Of a stretch of 64,000 nucleotides of DNA, positions 17,451-26,293 are shown piece by piece (position 1 is the first letter of the stretch; every line of letters starts with the position of its first letter). Origin of the DNA: Patescibacteria group bacterium. GTDB lineage: Bacteria; Patescibacteriota; Minisyncoccia; Phycocordibacterales; Phycocordibacteraceae. Position numbers and translations under genes: made by a program. The notes under the pieces were generated by a model. That model saw nothing but the letters and a program-made list of their open reading frames with translations, was not told the origin of the DNA and did no database searches. The stretch covers positions 418,859 to 482,858 of the forward strand of contig JAIETW010000001.1 of the NCBI GenBank assembly GCA_019744845.1. Direction: 5' to 3'.

Positions 17451-20400
17451 TTATGGCAACTGAGGCATTGGGAGGTTAAGAGACGGACAGAAGATGTTGT
17501 TGATCTTGCGCTGCGTCGTCTTGTACACGTATCCCGTTGAGTCATCAGAGTCCTGAATACCTGACTCTGGGATGCTAAACCAAGGCTGGAGCACTTCCTC
17601 CCAGTACAGAACCTGGAAGGCACGTACTGCGGCATCGGTAAGCGGTCCGAATACTCCGGTCACTGGAAGCCCTGCACCCATGTGTTCGTTCAAGAAGCCC
17701 TGAAGATCCGTTACTTCTGCACCATCATTGGTGAGATTCATACCAAGGAAGGTATCAAGGAGCGGACCACATGACGTTCCGTCGGTAAACGCACCCTGGA
17801 CTTCACCGTCGTCATTGTTGTTACCACCGCCTCCACCTCCTCCCCCACCACCATTGGTGGTGAAGCTTTCATCCTGATCGTTCTCAAAGGTACAGACAAT
17901 TGTCTCATCCTCTACGATGGTGACCTGGTGACCATTCTCAATGACTGAGCCGGCGCTCTCTCCCTCGTACTCACAGGTGACGCTCAAGAGATTCCAGCCC
18001 TCAGGTACGTTCTCGGTCACTGAGTAGACTCCAACCTCAAGTTCACGCTCTGCTTCACCAGAGCCTTCTACGGTCGTAACCTCTACCTGTACAAGCTCCT
18101 CGTTTCCTCCGATCTGGAAGGAGAAGGTATTGTCAGATCCGATCACTTCCTTACGGATGATGAGTGTTCCCGTATCACTGTCGCCTCCTCCGTCATCAAT
18201 GACACGGTTCTGGATGGTGAAGGTCTCCGTTGCTGCATTCACGCTTACGCTCGTGCCATCAATCGCGGTGTCGCCATCAAAGGTTGCGTAGTGTGCCCAT
18301 CCGCTCTGAAGAAGCTCCTCGGCGCTGTAAACACCGTACGGCACATTCTCAAAGGTGACACAGCCATCTTCACCAGTCACCCCTGCGTATCCCTCGTAGA
18401 GATCCACTGCAAGCGTGCTGTTCACGTTATCGCCATACCATCCTGCTTGTACGAGTGGCACTGGATCTCCATCGTAGATGCGGAAGTTTGCAGACCCATC
18501 AACTGGCTGGATGAAGGACTGTGCATACACGTGAGACGTGTTGTACGGACCCCAATCACTTGCCGGATCAAAGGCGCTGTTGATCTGAAGTTCTAGGATG
18601 TCGGTTGAGTATCCAAGGAATCCATCAATCGGCGTCACCCATGCATCCGTGGTTGAGTACTCTGCGTCTACGACGTTTGCATTGTTTGCGGCACCTCCTG
18701 CGTTGGTCCAGAGACCAGAAGCGACTGCGAGGTATGACAGACCATCCTCAAGTGAGGTGACCGTGTTCGTACCGTTCACATCGTTCACGGCAACCGCAAG
18801 ACTTTCTACCTCATCGCCCTTGAGCATGAGCGTCCAATACTGAAGCGGCTCATAATCTTCCCCAATCTTACACATGGTCACTGAGGAGAATGGCTGTGGT
18901 GGGATCTCACACTCGTTTTCATTCACCACGAGCTTGTAGAGAAGACCCGCAGGATTGTTCTCTGGATCATTTGAGGTTGGGTGGTCCATGTTCACAATCT
19001 CAAAGGTGATGGTGTTTTCACCGTTCACCATGAGTGCGGCAGGAACGGCACAGGTCGTGGTGGCACCGTAGTTGAGTTCACCGGCATTTGCACAGATGCT
19101 CGTGCCGTTTACCTTCACGTTGTAGCCGTTGTCTGCGGCAATCTCAAGCGTTGAATCAAGAGGTGTGCCGACAATCTCAAAGGTACGGGTGAAGGTCTCA
19201 GAGGTACCGAGGTCTGCATCCTCTACTGAGGTGCTGTTGTCCTTCCAGATCCAGAGTGCATCAACCGTGTCTACCCATGACTCGTGGATGAATTCACCAA
19301 CGAGAGAGGCAGGGCCGCTTTCATCAAGAGTGAGAAGACCATCGTCTCCTGCATCGCTTGAGAGAAGGACGGTTGAGGCGCTTGGATTGCACTGATCCTC
19401 AGGATCCGTAGGGGCATTGAAGGCCACACAGTAGTAGATCTCGCCTTCCTCAACTGGATCAATCCAATCCCAGTTGTCGTAGTTGAGTACATCAGTAGAA
19501 CAGTAGATCTCTGCAGACACATCCTGGTCTACGTTTGCACCCGTGAATGGAATGAATCCATCCTTGAGTACTTCACGTACCCAGACCTTACCTCCTGCAG
19601 GAATCTCAGTCGTGAGAGAGCCGTCACCGACACCCTCTCCGAAGAGAGACCATGGTGCTGGGGCTGCGCTCACAATGTTATCGCCTGGGTTGGTGCTTGA
19701 GTCGGTGTCAGATACCCACTGGAACTGCCAATCTGGCACAAGACGACATCCTTCGTGCGTTGCAAGGAAGTCTGCTGCGGTGGTGGCAGTAATGTCTGCA
19801 CCTCCTGCACCCCAGTTTGGAAGATCCTCTTCGTAGTTACAGACAATCTTCGTCGCAACCAAGGTTGCAACTGGCTCAGGCTCCTCACACATGAGGCTCG
19901 TGTTGTCTATGAAGGTACCGAGTGAGTCGTTTGGTGTTCCGGCATCGCGGAAGGTGATCTCAGTTGAAGCCTGTGTAGATGAGGCGGTGAAACTGAAGGT
20001 GTGGCTCGTCCACTCGGTCTGGTTTCCTGCAGTTGCAAGAGGGCCGACAGAACCGAACACCACTCCGTTCTGAAGCACTTCTACTTTGTTCTGTGCGGCT
20101 GCAGTTCCTGGACGTGGAGAGAAGTCAAAGGAGATCGTGTATGTCTCACCCGGAACGGTGTCTACCGTCTGGGAGATTGCGACCTGTCCTTCTTCTCCGT
20201 TCAGACCAGAGTCCGGTCCTTCCCAGTCAGAATCAAGCTCAGTCCACTGAGTGCCCTCACCGGTTGCACTCCAACCGTTAAGACCTGCCTCCTGAATTTC
20301 AAGGTTTGCGACCTTTGGAGCAGACACATTTCCGGTCAACCACTGTGCTCCCCAGCCAAGATCCTCATCAGCTATAAGGTTGAAGATATCCCACATGCTG

Positions 20401-20558
20401 CCGTGGGTTACTTCTACGGCTTCAAAGTCACCGTTCACAAGAAGCTCTTCTCCTGGTTCACAGATAGCGCCTGCTTCACAACCCTCTACGACAAGAGATA
20501 CGACGACATCGTTGTAGTCCTCATCTCCTTCAGAGATAGAGAAGGTCTTCAAATGCAA
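17451..20558 (-). CDS. giant surface protein with C-terminal PG_binding_1-like domain; lacks signal peptide; annotated TTG start lies inside the preceding ORF (probable fusion/frameshift)
   Basis: 1035 aa. DUF642-like N-terminal jelly-roll-type region (LLVNGDFE...). Internal WIW...NPAGLLY domain. Gly10 linker. C-terminal ...GVFGPLTDAAVRAFQ... Start codon at 20558-20556 is TTG. Confidence 0.7.
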   Translation of the reverse strand: MHLKTFSISEGDEDYNDVVVSLVVEGCEAGAICEPGEELLVNGDFEAVEVTHGSMWDIFNLIADEDLGWGAQWLTGNVSAPKVANLEIQEAGLNGWSATGEGTQWTELDSDWEGPDSGLNGEEGQVAISQTVDTVPGETYTISFDFSPRPGTAAAQNKVEVLQNGVVFGSVGPLATAGNQTEWTSHTFSFTASSTQASTEITFRDAGTPNDSLGTFIDNTSLMCEEPEPVATLVATKIVCNYEEDLPNWGAGGADITATTAADFLATHEGCRLVPDWQFQWVSDTDSSTNPGDNIVSAAPAPWSLFGEGVGDGSLTTEIPAGGKVWVREVLKDGFIPFTGANVDQDVSAEIYCSTDVLNYDNWDWIDPVEEGEIYYCVAFNAPTDPEDQCNPSASTVLLSSDAGDDGLLTLDESGPASLVGEFIHESWVDTVDALWIWKDNSTSVEDADLGTSETFTRTFEIVGTPLDSTLEIAADNGYNVKVNGTSICANAGELNYGATTTCAVPAALMVNGENTITFEIVNMDHPTSNDPENNPAGLLYKLVVNENECEIPPQPFSSVTMCKIGEDYEPLQYWTLMLKGDEVESLAVAVNDVNGTNTVTSLEDGLSYLAVASGLWTNAGGAANNANVVDAEYSTTDAWVTPIDGFLGYSTDILELQINSAFDPASDWGPYNTSHVYAQSFIQPVDGSANFRIYDGDPVPLVQAGWYGDNVNSTLAVDLYEGYAGVTGEDGCVTFENVPYGVYSAEELLQSGWAHYATFDGDTAIDGTSVSVNAATETFTIQNRVIDDGGGDSDTGTLIIRKEVIGSDNTFSFQIGGNEELVQVEVTTVEGSGEAERELEVGVYSVTENVPEGWNLLSVTCEYEGESAGSVIENGHQVTIVEDETIVCTFENDQDESFTTNGGGGGGGGGGNNNDDGEVQGAFTDGTSCGPLLDTFLGMNLTNDGAEVTDLQGFLNEHMGAGLPVTGVFGPLTDAAVRAFQVLYWEEVLQPWFSIPESGIQDSDDSTGYVYKTTQRKINNIFCPSLNLPMPQLP

Positions 20559-22974
20559 TTGCGTACGTATCGTCAGTCACGTTGTAGACAAGTGCGTGTG
20601 CCTCGCCTCCTGCGTTAAGCGCATTGTCCGTTGCGTAGTAGTCGTAGCTGACGCCATCCCAATCAGCCATTGCAAACACAAGGGTGTTTACGTTTGCCAC
20701 TGAGAAGTTCATGTCTGCGCCATACACAAGCTCGGTAGCTGCAGCGTATGGAGCTCCTACAAGTCCTTCGCGGAAGAGTGGGGTGAAAGATCCACCGTTG
20801 AGGAAGTATCCGAACACATGGGTGTGTCCAGAGTTATCGTCCTCGCTGATGTTCTTCACTGAGAAGTGCACAGTGTTCCCTGTACCACTCCAGCTTTCAA
20901 AGTTGTCCTGATCGTTTGCGGCGTTTGGTGCATCTCCTGCGTATTCCGCATCAAGGATCTGCTGGAGAGTGTCCTCGGCGAGTGGTGAAGTACCAATCAT
21001 TACTATGGAACCTTCCTCACTTGGAACGATACATGAGTTCTCAATCGTCTCGTCTACGACGCCACAGGCGCTGCCTTCAATAGAAAGGCGGTAGAGAAGA
21101 CCGGCTGGGTTTACCTCCGGATCCTGTGTTGCGTACGCAAGGTTCTTTACCGTGAACTCAATGGTGTTCGTACCAGTCTGGAGCTCGCTCGTGATGTCTA
21201 CTGAATCAACGGGGTCATTGTAGTTCTGGTCATCCCCATCAAGGAGGGTGAGCTGATCTACCACCTGAGTTCCGTTCACTTCAATAGCGACCCCATTATC
21301 TGCAGCAAACTCAAGATCTGCATTCGTTGGAATAGCGTCAAGAGAGAAGCTGCGGGTGAAGACGACAGTCTGATCAGAACCTGGAGCGGCTACGTAGTAG
21401 CTATCCCAGATCCACTGAGCGCCACTTGCATCAAGCGCATCTGCCCATGCAGTGTGTTCAAAGGTGAGCACCGATGGGTTGCCTCCGATAAGGGTCTGCG
21501 TGTCTGAGACCAAGGTGCACTGCCCTGCGGGCTCAGGCTCCCCATCTCCGATACATGCCTCCTCATCTGCTTCGTCCTCAATCAAGAAGTCACCGTGCGC
21601 CTCGTGTGCACTGAGTGCGTTCTGATTAATGGAGATGATTTCAGTTGGATTCGTCTCGCTCTCGGTGTAGTGACAGATATCTACCATTACCACTGGCACA
21701 CACTGATCCTGATTGTTCAGTTCGTAGCCCTGGTCGCAGGTTTCAGAAACTGGAGCGACATCAATATCTACCGTTGCGACGTTACTGTCGAGGGATCCGT
21801 CGTTTACACGGAAGGTGAACTGATCACTTCCGTAGAAGTTGAAGTCAGGATCATACGTAAGGTTTGGCGCAGTGCCCTCCAAATCTCCATGATCAGGACC
21901 ATCTACGATTTCCCAGGTGAGCGGATCGCTTTCTGAGTCAGTTGCATTCAATACGAATGCAACGTCTTGGTCTTCGTTTGTATCAACATCTTTGTCAAAG
22001 GCAACTGGTGCCTCGTTCACGTTGTACGTGACGACGTTATCAAGACTGGTTGAGGCATCGTTTGGATTTCCAGACGCATCCTGTGCACCTCCTGCAGGGA
22101 TAGAAACGACGACCGTGTCGTTGTTTGAGTTATCCATGCCACTCACCTTAATGGTGTAAGTGGTTGGTCCTCCCGTTACCTGTACCGTTGCGTTTACAGG
22201 AAGGTCAAACGCAGATCCAGATACAAGTACATCAGCTTCATCAAAGCCGACAACCGGCTCGCTGAAGACTGCAGTGAATTCAATTGGAGAAGAGGCGGTT
22301 GGGTCTATTTGGGTGTTCTTCTGATTTACGGTCACGGTTGGGTCCGTGGTGTCTGGGATGCTTCCTTCAATGAGGACTCCGTCTACGCGGAAGTACTCGT
22401 CGGAGGAACTGGCATCAGTACGGAAGCGGATGAACCAGGAAGAATCATTGTCTAGCTCATCGGGAAGGTTGATGGTCTGAAGTGGACTCCAATTCGTGTC
22501 CGAGTGCAATTCGTGGCTTGCAAGTTCGTCCCAGCTATTGGCATTAGAGTTACATACCTGATCGCTAGTGCCGTTTGCAGTTGCACGGTACTCAACCACT
22601 CCGTAGTCCTGATTATTCTCTGCATCACTGTCTCCATTCCAGTAGTACTTGAGAGTGAGGTTGGTGAGGCCAGAGGTATTCACCTGACGACAAATCCACT
22701 CTCCATCAGCAATCTTTGCAAAACGTCCGTCGTTTGGACTTTTCACGTCCTCACCACTGTTCTGGCCTTGTCGTGCAAGAGTGGAAGAATCATTATCATC
22801 CCCCTCTTCGTTCCATCCAGAAATGTCATTTGCGTTATTCCCTGTTCCAAACCCATCTGAAAGCACGGTGTCAGCAAGTGCTGGAGTGCTTACCGGAAGC
22901 ACAAGCGAAACCGCCACGGCAAGGACCAACAGAAAACGTCCCGACTTTTGTGCGGCTGAATAAAGATTTTTCAT
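20530..22974 (-). CDS. giant secreted adhesin-like protein (signal peptide, cadherin/VCBS-like Ig repeat, WIW...NPAGLLY domain); ORF opens at 23055, MKNLY start at 22974 preferred
   Basis: Signal peptide MKNLYSAAQKSGRFLLVLAVAVSLVLPVSTPALA. PVAFDKDVDTNEDQDVAFVLNATDSESDPLTWEIVDGPDHGDLEG...YGSDQFTFRVNDG (adhesin Ig-like). Paralogous domain shared with the downstream ORF. Confidence 0.7.
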   Translation of the reverse strand: MKNLYSAAQKSGRFLLVLAVAVSLVLPVSTPALADTVLSDGFGTGNNANDISGWNEEGDDNDSSTLARQGQNSGEDVKSPNDGRFAKIADGEWICRQVNTSGLTNLTLKYYWNGDSDAENNQDYGVVEYRATANGTSDQVCNSNANSWDELASHELHSDTNWSPLQTINLPDELDNDSSWFIRFRTDASSSDEYFRVDGVLIEGSIPDTTDPTVTVNQKNTQIDPTASSPIEFTAVFSEPVVGFDEADVLVSGSAFDLPVNATVQVTGGPTTYTIKVSGMDNSNNDTVVVSIPAGGAQDASGNPNDASTSLDNVVTYNVNEAPVAFDKDVDTNEDQDVAFVLNATDSESDPLTWEIVDGPDHGDLEGTAPNLTYDPDFNFYGSDQFTFRVNDGSLDSNVATVDIDVAPVSETCDQGYELNNQDQCVPVVMVDICHYTESETNPTEIISINQNALSAHEAHGDFLIEDEADEEACIGDGEPEPAGQCTLVSDTQTLIGGNPSVLTFEHTAWADALDASGAQWIWDSYYVAAPGSDQTVVFTRSFSLDAIPTNADLEFAADNGVAIEVNGTQVVDQLTLLDGDDQNYNDPVDSVDITSELQTGTNTIEFTVKNLAYATQDPEVNPAGLLYRLSIEGSACGVVDETIENSCIVPSEEGSIVMIGTSPLAEDTLQQILDAEYAGDAPNAANDQDNFESWSGTGNTVHFSVKNISEDDNSGHTHVFGYFLNGGSFTPLFREGLVGAPYAAATELVYGADMNFSVANVNTLVFAMADWDGVSYDYYATDNALNAGGEAHALVYNVTDDTYAIAFEDLLYL

Positions 22975-23238
22975 GAAGTAAATATTTTGACGTGCGCTAC
23001 AAAAGCGACGCGCTATGTAATTGCACCTATTAAGTAAGAGAACGAAGAACCCCAATTGCCCCCGCTGCCGAGAGGTGAAGATGACCTGGAGTTCCTCAAG
23101 ATGAGGTACGCCCCTGAGATCTCCGCCCCAAGGTACGAGCTATGACTCAGCCTATACTTATATGTCAACCTGTCAATGAAAATTTGATATGTCAAAAGGC
23201 CGTTTGTACACACCTTATCCCCTGCTACTATTGGGGAT

Positions 23239-24030
23239 ATGAAAATCGTCTCCTGGAATGTAAACGGCATACGCGCAGTACACAGAAAGGGCGTATTTAT
23301 GCCCTTTCTCAGGGACTTGAAACCCGATATCCTCTGTCTTCAAGAGACAAAGGCCGAAAAGGGTCAGGCAGAGATAGATCTCCAGGGGTATGAAGAGTTC
23401 TGGCACTCCGCCGAAAAGAAGGGATACAGTGGTACGGCAATATTCACTAAGACCACCCCTGTGAACGTACTCTTTGGTCTCCCAGAGGACCTAGTAAAGA
23501 AGTACGGTCTCGCAGACGATGGATACGGGAACCCTAATAAGGAGGGGCGCATTATCACCATGGATACGGGACAAATATATGTAGTGTCAGTATATACACC
23601 GAACGCAAAGGACGACCTTTCTCGCCTTCCCCTCCGGCACAAGCAGTGGGATCCAGCCTTTTTGGAGTATATGAAACGCCTAGAAGCTGAAAAACCCGTT
23701 GTTTTCTGCGGTGATTTGAACGTTGCCCATACTCCAGACGATCTTGCCCGTCCTAAGGCAAATGTAGGGGTAAAGGGATTCACCAACGAAGAGCGTGAAG
23801 GCATAGACCATATAATAGAGGGAGGCTTTGTGGACACCTTCCGCCTCTTCACCGAAGGGAACGGCCACTACACCTGGTGGAGTCACTTCGCACAGGCACG
23901 TGAACGCAATGTGGGTTGGCGCATTGATTACATTTTCGTTTCCAAGAAACTTGCTTCAAAGGTAAAGAAAGCAGAAATTCATGCAGACGTTCTAGGTTCA
24001 GATCACTGCCCTGTCTCCATCACGCTATAA
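23239..24030 (+). CDS. xth: exodeoxyribonuclease III (AP endonuclease)
   Basis: MKIVSWNVNGIRAV...LCLQETK...SDHCPV. 263 aa. Confidence 0.9.
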   Translation: MKIVSWNVNGIRAVHRKGVFMPFLRDLKPDILCLQETKAEKGQAEIDLQGYEEFWHSAEKKGYSGTAIFTKTTPVNVLFGLPEDLVKKYGLADDGYGNPNKEGRIITMDTGQIYVVSVYTPNAKDDLSRLPLRHKQWDPAFLEYMKRLEAEKPVVFCGDLNVAHTPDDLARPKANVGVKGFTNEEREGIDHIIEGGFVDTFRLFTEGNGHYTWWSHFAQARERNVGWRIDYIFVSKKLASKVKKAEIHADVLGSDHCPVSITL

Positions 24031-24341
24031 AGGACATATAGGACACTATCCACACCCTTGTCCTTTACGTATGTCCTTTATACGACTATGATCGTACTTA
24101 GGTTCGCTCTTTGCCAGCTCTTTCATCAGCGCAGCACGTGCTCTCCTTCCAACGATTTAGGGCGTATCCCTCTAATAAAGATCGGATAGGAGGTTCCACG
24201 TGAAAAGCGAGATACCAGGAAGCCGTCGGGTAACCAACACTCCTGAGGATCATACAAAAATTGCCCCCGCCCCTTATTTTTGGTCCTCAATATGGTTCGA
24301 CGGCTTTTTGCTTTATTACCCCTAGTTTCACGTGAAAAGCC

Positions 24342-25805
24342 CTAGGATACGTGATGTTTCTTGAGGATCTCCTTAAGAGCCTCTTCCTCCTTTTCTTCCT
24401 TCTTTTTACGGCCTGCCTCCCCCAAATCCTGCAGATCCTTATCTGAAAGCTTTAGGTACTCTTCAGTCTTTGCATCCAGATATTTCTCTGTATTCTTCTT
24501 AGGATCCTCAAGAACCTCCTCTAGGAGGGCGTTTAGGATCCATCCTATCTTTGGTCCTGGTTCCACGTGGAACTGGCTCATGAGGCGGTTCCCATCCGTC
24601 TTTAGCATACCTACAGATATAGGGTCACGGAGCGCCTCTTCCACCATAGCTTTGTACTTACGGAACCTGAATGGCTGTTCCTTAGGGCGCCCGGTACCAA
24701 TACGGTCACAAACCCGGAGATTAAGGAGATCTTCAATATTCTCCTCTCCTACGTTCCGTATAGTTCTACGGACGGCCGAAAGGGTGACCTGATCCGGATC
24801 TGAGAAAAACATGTGCCATCGCACCATTTTGCTAACCTTCTCTATGGTTTCACGTGAAAACTTGAGATCCTCTAGTGCTTTCTTAGCCACACGACCTCCA
24901 ACCACCTCATGCCCGTGGAACGTCCAGTCCTTCTTCTCATCAGACCAGCGGCGGGTCTCAGGCTTAGATATGTCATGAAACAGGGCAGAGAGACGGAGAT
25001 TTAGGTCCCATCCCTTATCCGCAGCATGCTGAAGACTTCGTAGATTGTGCTCAAAAACGTCGTAGCTGTGTGCCTGGTTTTGATCCACTCCTATGCCACG
25101 TGGAAGATCAGGAGCAATATACTGCAAAAGTCCGAGCTGCTGACAAAGCACAATTCCCATCATCGGCTGATCTGATTTCAAGAGCTTTACAAACTCATCC
25201 CGGATACGTTCCTTTGAAATATGGCCTAGATTATGGCTCTTTTCTTGAATTCCTGCTGCCGTTTCTGCATCAAGGGCAAGACCAAGCTCTGCAACAAAAC
25301 GAACCGCACGCATAAGGCGAAGGCCATCTTCTTCAAAGCGCTCTCTGGGATCCCGTACAGTCCTGAGCACCCTAGACTCAATGTCCTTTTGTCCTTTATA
25401 AGGATCTACCAAATGTCCTTTAGATTCATCGTACGCAATGGCGTTAATCGTGAAGTCTCTCCGAGCAAGATCCTCATCAAGACTCTGGCCAAATGACACC
25501 GCATCAGGACGGCGCTTGTCGGTATATCCGGACTCCGTGCGATAGGGAGTTACCTCAATCACGCGAAGTGTTTCATCCTCTGTTTCTAGCTTCACCCCCA
25601 CGGTTCCAAAGTCATTCTCATAGAAGGACTCGGGGAAGACTTTCTGAATCTCCTCTGGGGTGGCGTTGGTCGTTACATCCCAATCCTTGGGCTTCCGGCC
25701 CATGAGCATATCGCGTACACAACCTCCAACCAGGTACGCTTCAAAGCCCGCGTTCCGGAGAGCATCAGCGACTGTACGCACTTCAATCGGAACACTCATT
25801 TGCAT
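24342..25805 (-). CDS. cca: tRNA nucleotidyltransferase (CCA-adding enzyme) with HD domain
   Basis: GGCVRDMLMGRKPKDWDVTT... and HD motif FHDISK. 487 aa. Confidence 0.85.
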   Translation of the reverse strand: MQMSVPIEVRTVADALRNAGFEAYLVGGCVRDMLMGRKPKDWDVTTNATPEEIQKVFPESFYENDFGTVGVKLETEDETLRVIEVTPYRTESGYTDKRRPDAVSFGQSLDEDLARRDFTINAIAYDESKGHLVDPYKGQKDIESRVLRTVRDPRERFEEDGLRLMRAVRFVAELGLALDAETAAGIQEKSHNLGHISKERIRDEFVKLLKSDQPMMGIVLCQQLGLLQYIAPDLPRGIGVDQNQAHSYDVFEHNLRSLQHAADKGWDLNLRLSALFHDISKPETRRWSDEKKDWTFHGHEVVGGRVAKKALEDLKFSRETIEKVSKMVRWHMFFSDPDQVTLSAVRRTIRNVGEENIEDLLNLRVCDRIGTGRPKEQPFRFRKYKAMVEEALRDPISVGMLKTDGNRLMSQFHVEPGPKIGWILNALLEEVLEDPKKNTEKYLDAKTEEYLKLSDKDLQDLGEAGRKKKEEKEEEALKEILKKHHVS

Positions 25806-25845
25806 ACACGCATTCTACCAGCAGAATGTGGTACTGTGCCCGTAC

Positions 25846-25917
25846 GCTCCCGTGGTGAAATGGATATCACATCAGTCTTCGGAACTGCGGTTCCAGGTTC
25901 GAGTCCTGGCGGGAGCA
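25846..25917 (+). tRNA. tRNA-Arg (anticodon TCG); CCA not encoded
   Basis: Acceptor GCTCCCG/CGGGAGC. D-arm GTGA/TCAC. Anticodon loop CTTCGGA (U33, TCG). T-arm CCAGG-TTCGAGT-CCTGG. One U-C mismatch at 27:43. Confidence 0.6.
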
Positions 25918-25936
25918 CCGGTATACTAGTTTCACT

Positions 25937-26287
25937 ATGAGTGACCCAGAATCATTTGGCCCAGCAACCCCTCGCGCAGAAAGGGAGCTGCCACGAAGCA
26001 CGCTTGTAGAGTGCATACAGAAAGCACGCAAAGAAGTGGGTCTCCACGTACTTGATGCGGGGCGGATTGGCGCTGCACTTGCGGAAGCATCTAAACCCTT
26101 TGCAAAAGATTTGAAACGTTCTGCGACCCAGGGTCGTGAATACATATATCCATCAGCAGACATGCAGCGCGCCGTACTCCGCGCAGCAGTACTTGAAGGG
26201 CCAAGTGCACGATATCTCACTGAAGATGAGAAAGAACGTCTCCTCACTGCGGCATTGCGACTGCTCGCTCACAAGCAGGGCGCATAA
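25937..26287 (+). CDS. hypothetical protein (116 aa)
   Basis: ORF between the tRNA and lysA with no recognisable motifs. Confidence 0.45.
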   Translation: MSDPESFGPATPRAERELPRSTLVECIQKARKEVGLHVLDAGRIGAALAEASKPFAKDLKRSATQGREYIYPSADMQRAVLRAAVLEGPSARYLTEDEKERLLTAALRLLAHKQGA

Positions 26288-26293
26288 CCTTAC

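Noticed and set aside
17790-17830. GC-rich CCACC/CCTCC run encoding a Gly10 linker in the 1035-aa protein, considered as a slipped-strand phase-variation tract
   Set aside because: It is not a perfect homopolymer or simple short-unit repeat at the DNA level (mixed GGT/GGA/GGG/GGC codons), so it is unlikely to be hypermutable.
20001-20618. 205-aa Cys-rich plus-strand ORF spanning the junction of the two giant genes, considered as a possible small regulatory gene
   Set aside because: It is antisense to two strong overlapping minus-strand ORFs and has no RBS or context support.
23053-24270. Shared 12-mer AATTGCCCCCGC at about 23053 and about 24258 flanking xth
   Set aside because: About 100 exact 12-mer repeat pairs are expected by chance in 64 kb. 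There is no extended similarity around them, so they are not att sites or repeats.
24031-24341. 310-bp non-coding gap after xth with a long-loop hairpin (AGGACATA…TATGTCCT) and repeated TTCACGTGAAAAG motifs, considered as an ncRNA
   Set aside because: No recognisable ncRNA family structure could be seen by eye and the repeats are short. It is most likely a terminator or UTR region and is left unannotated.
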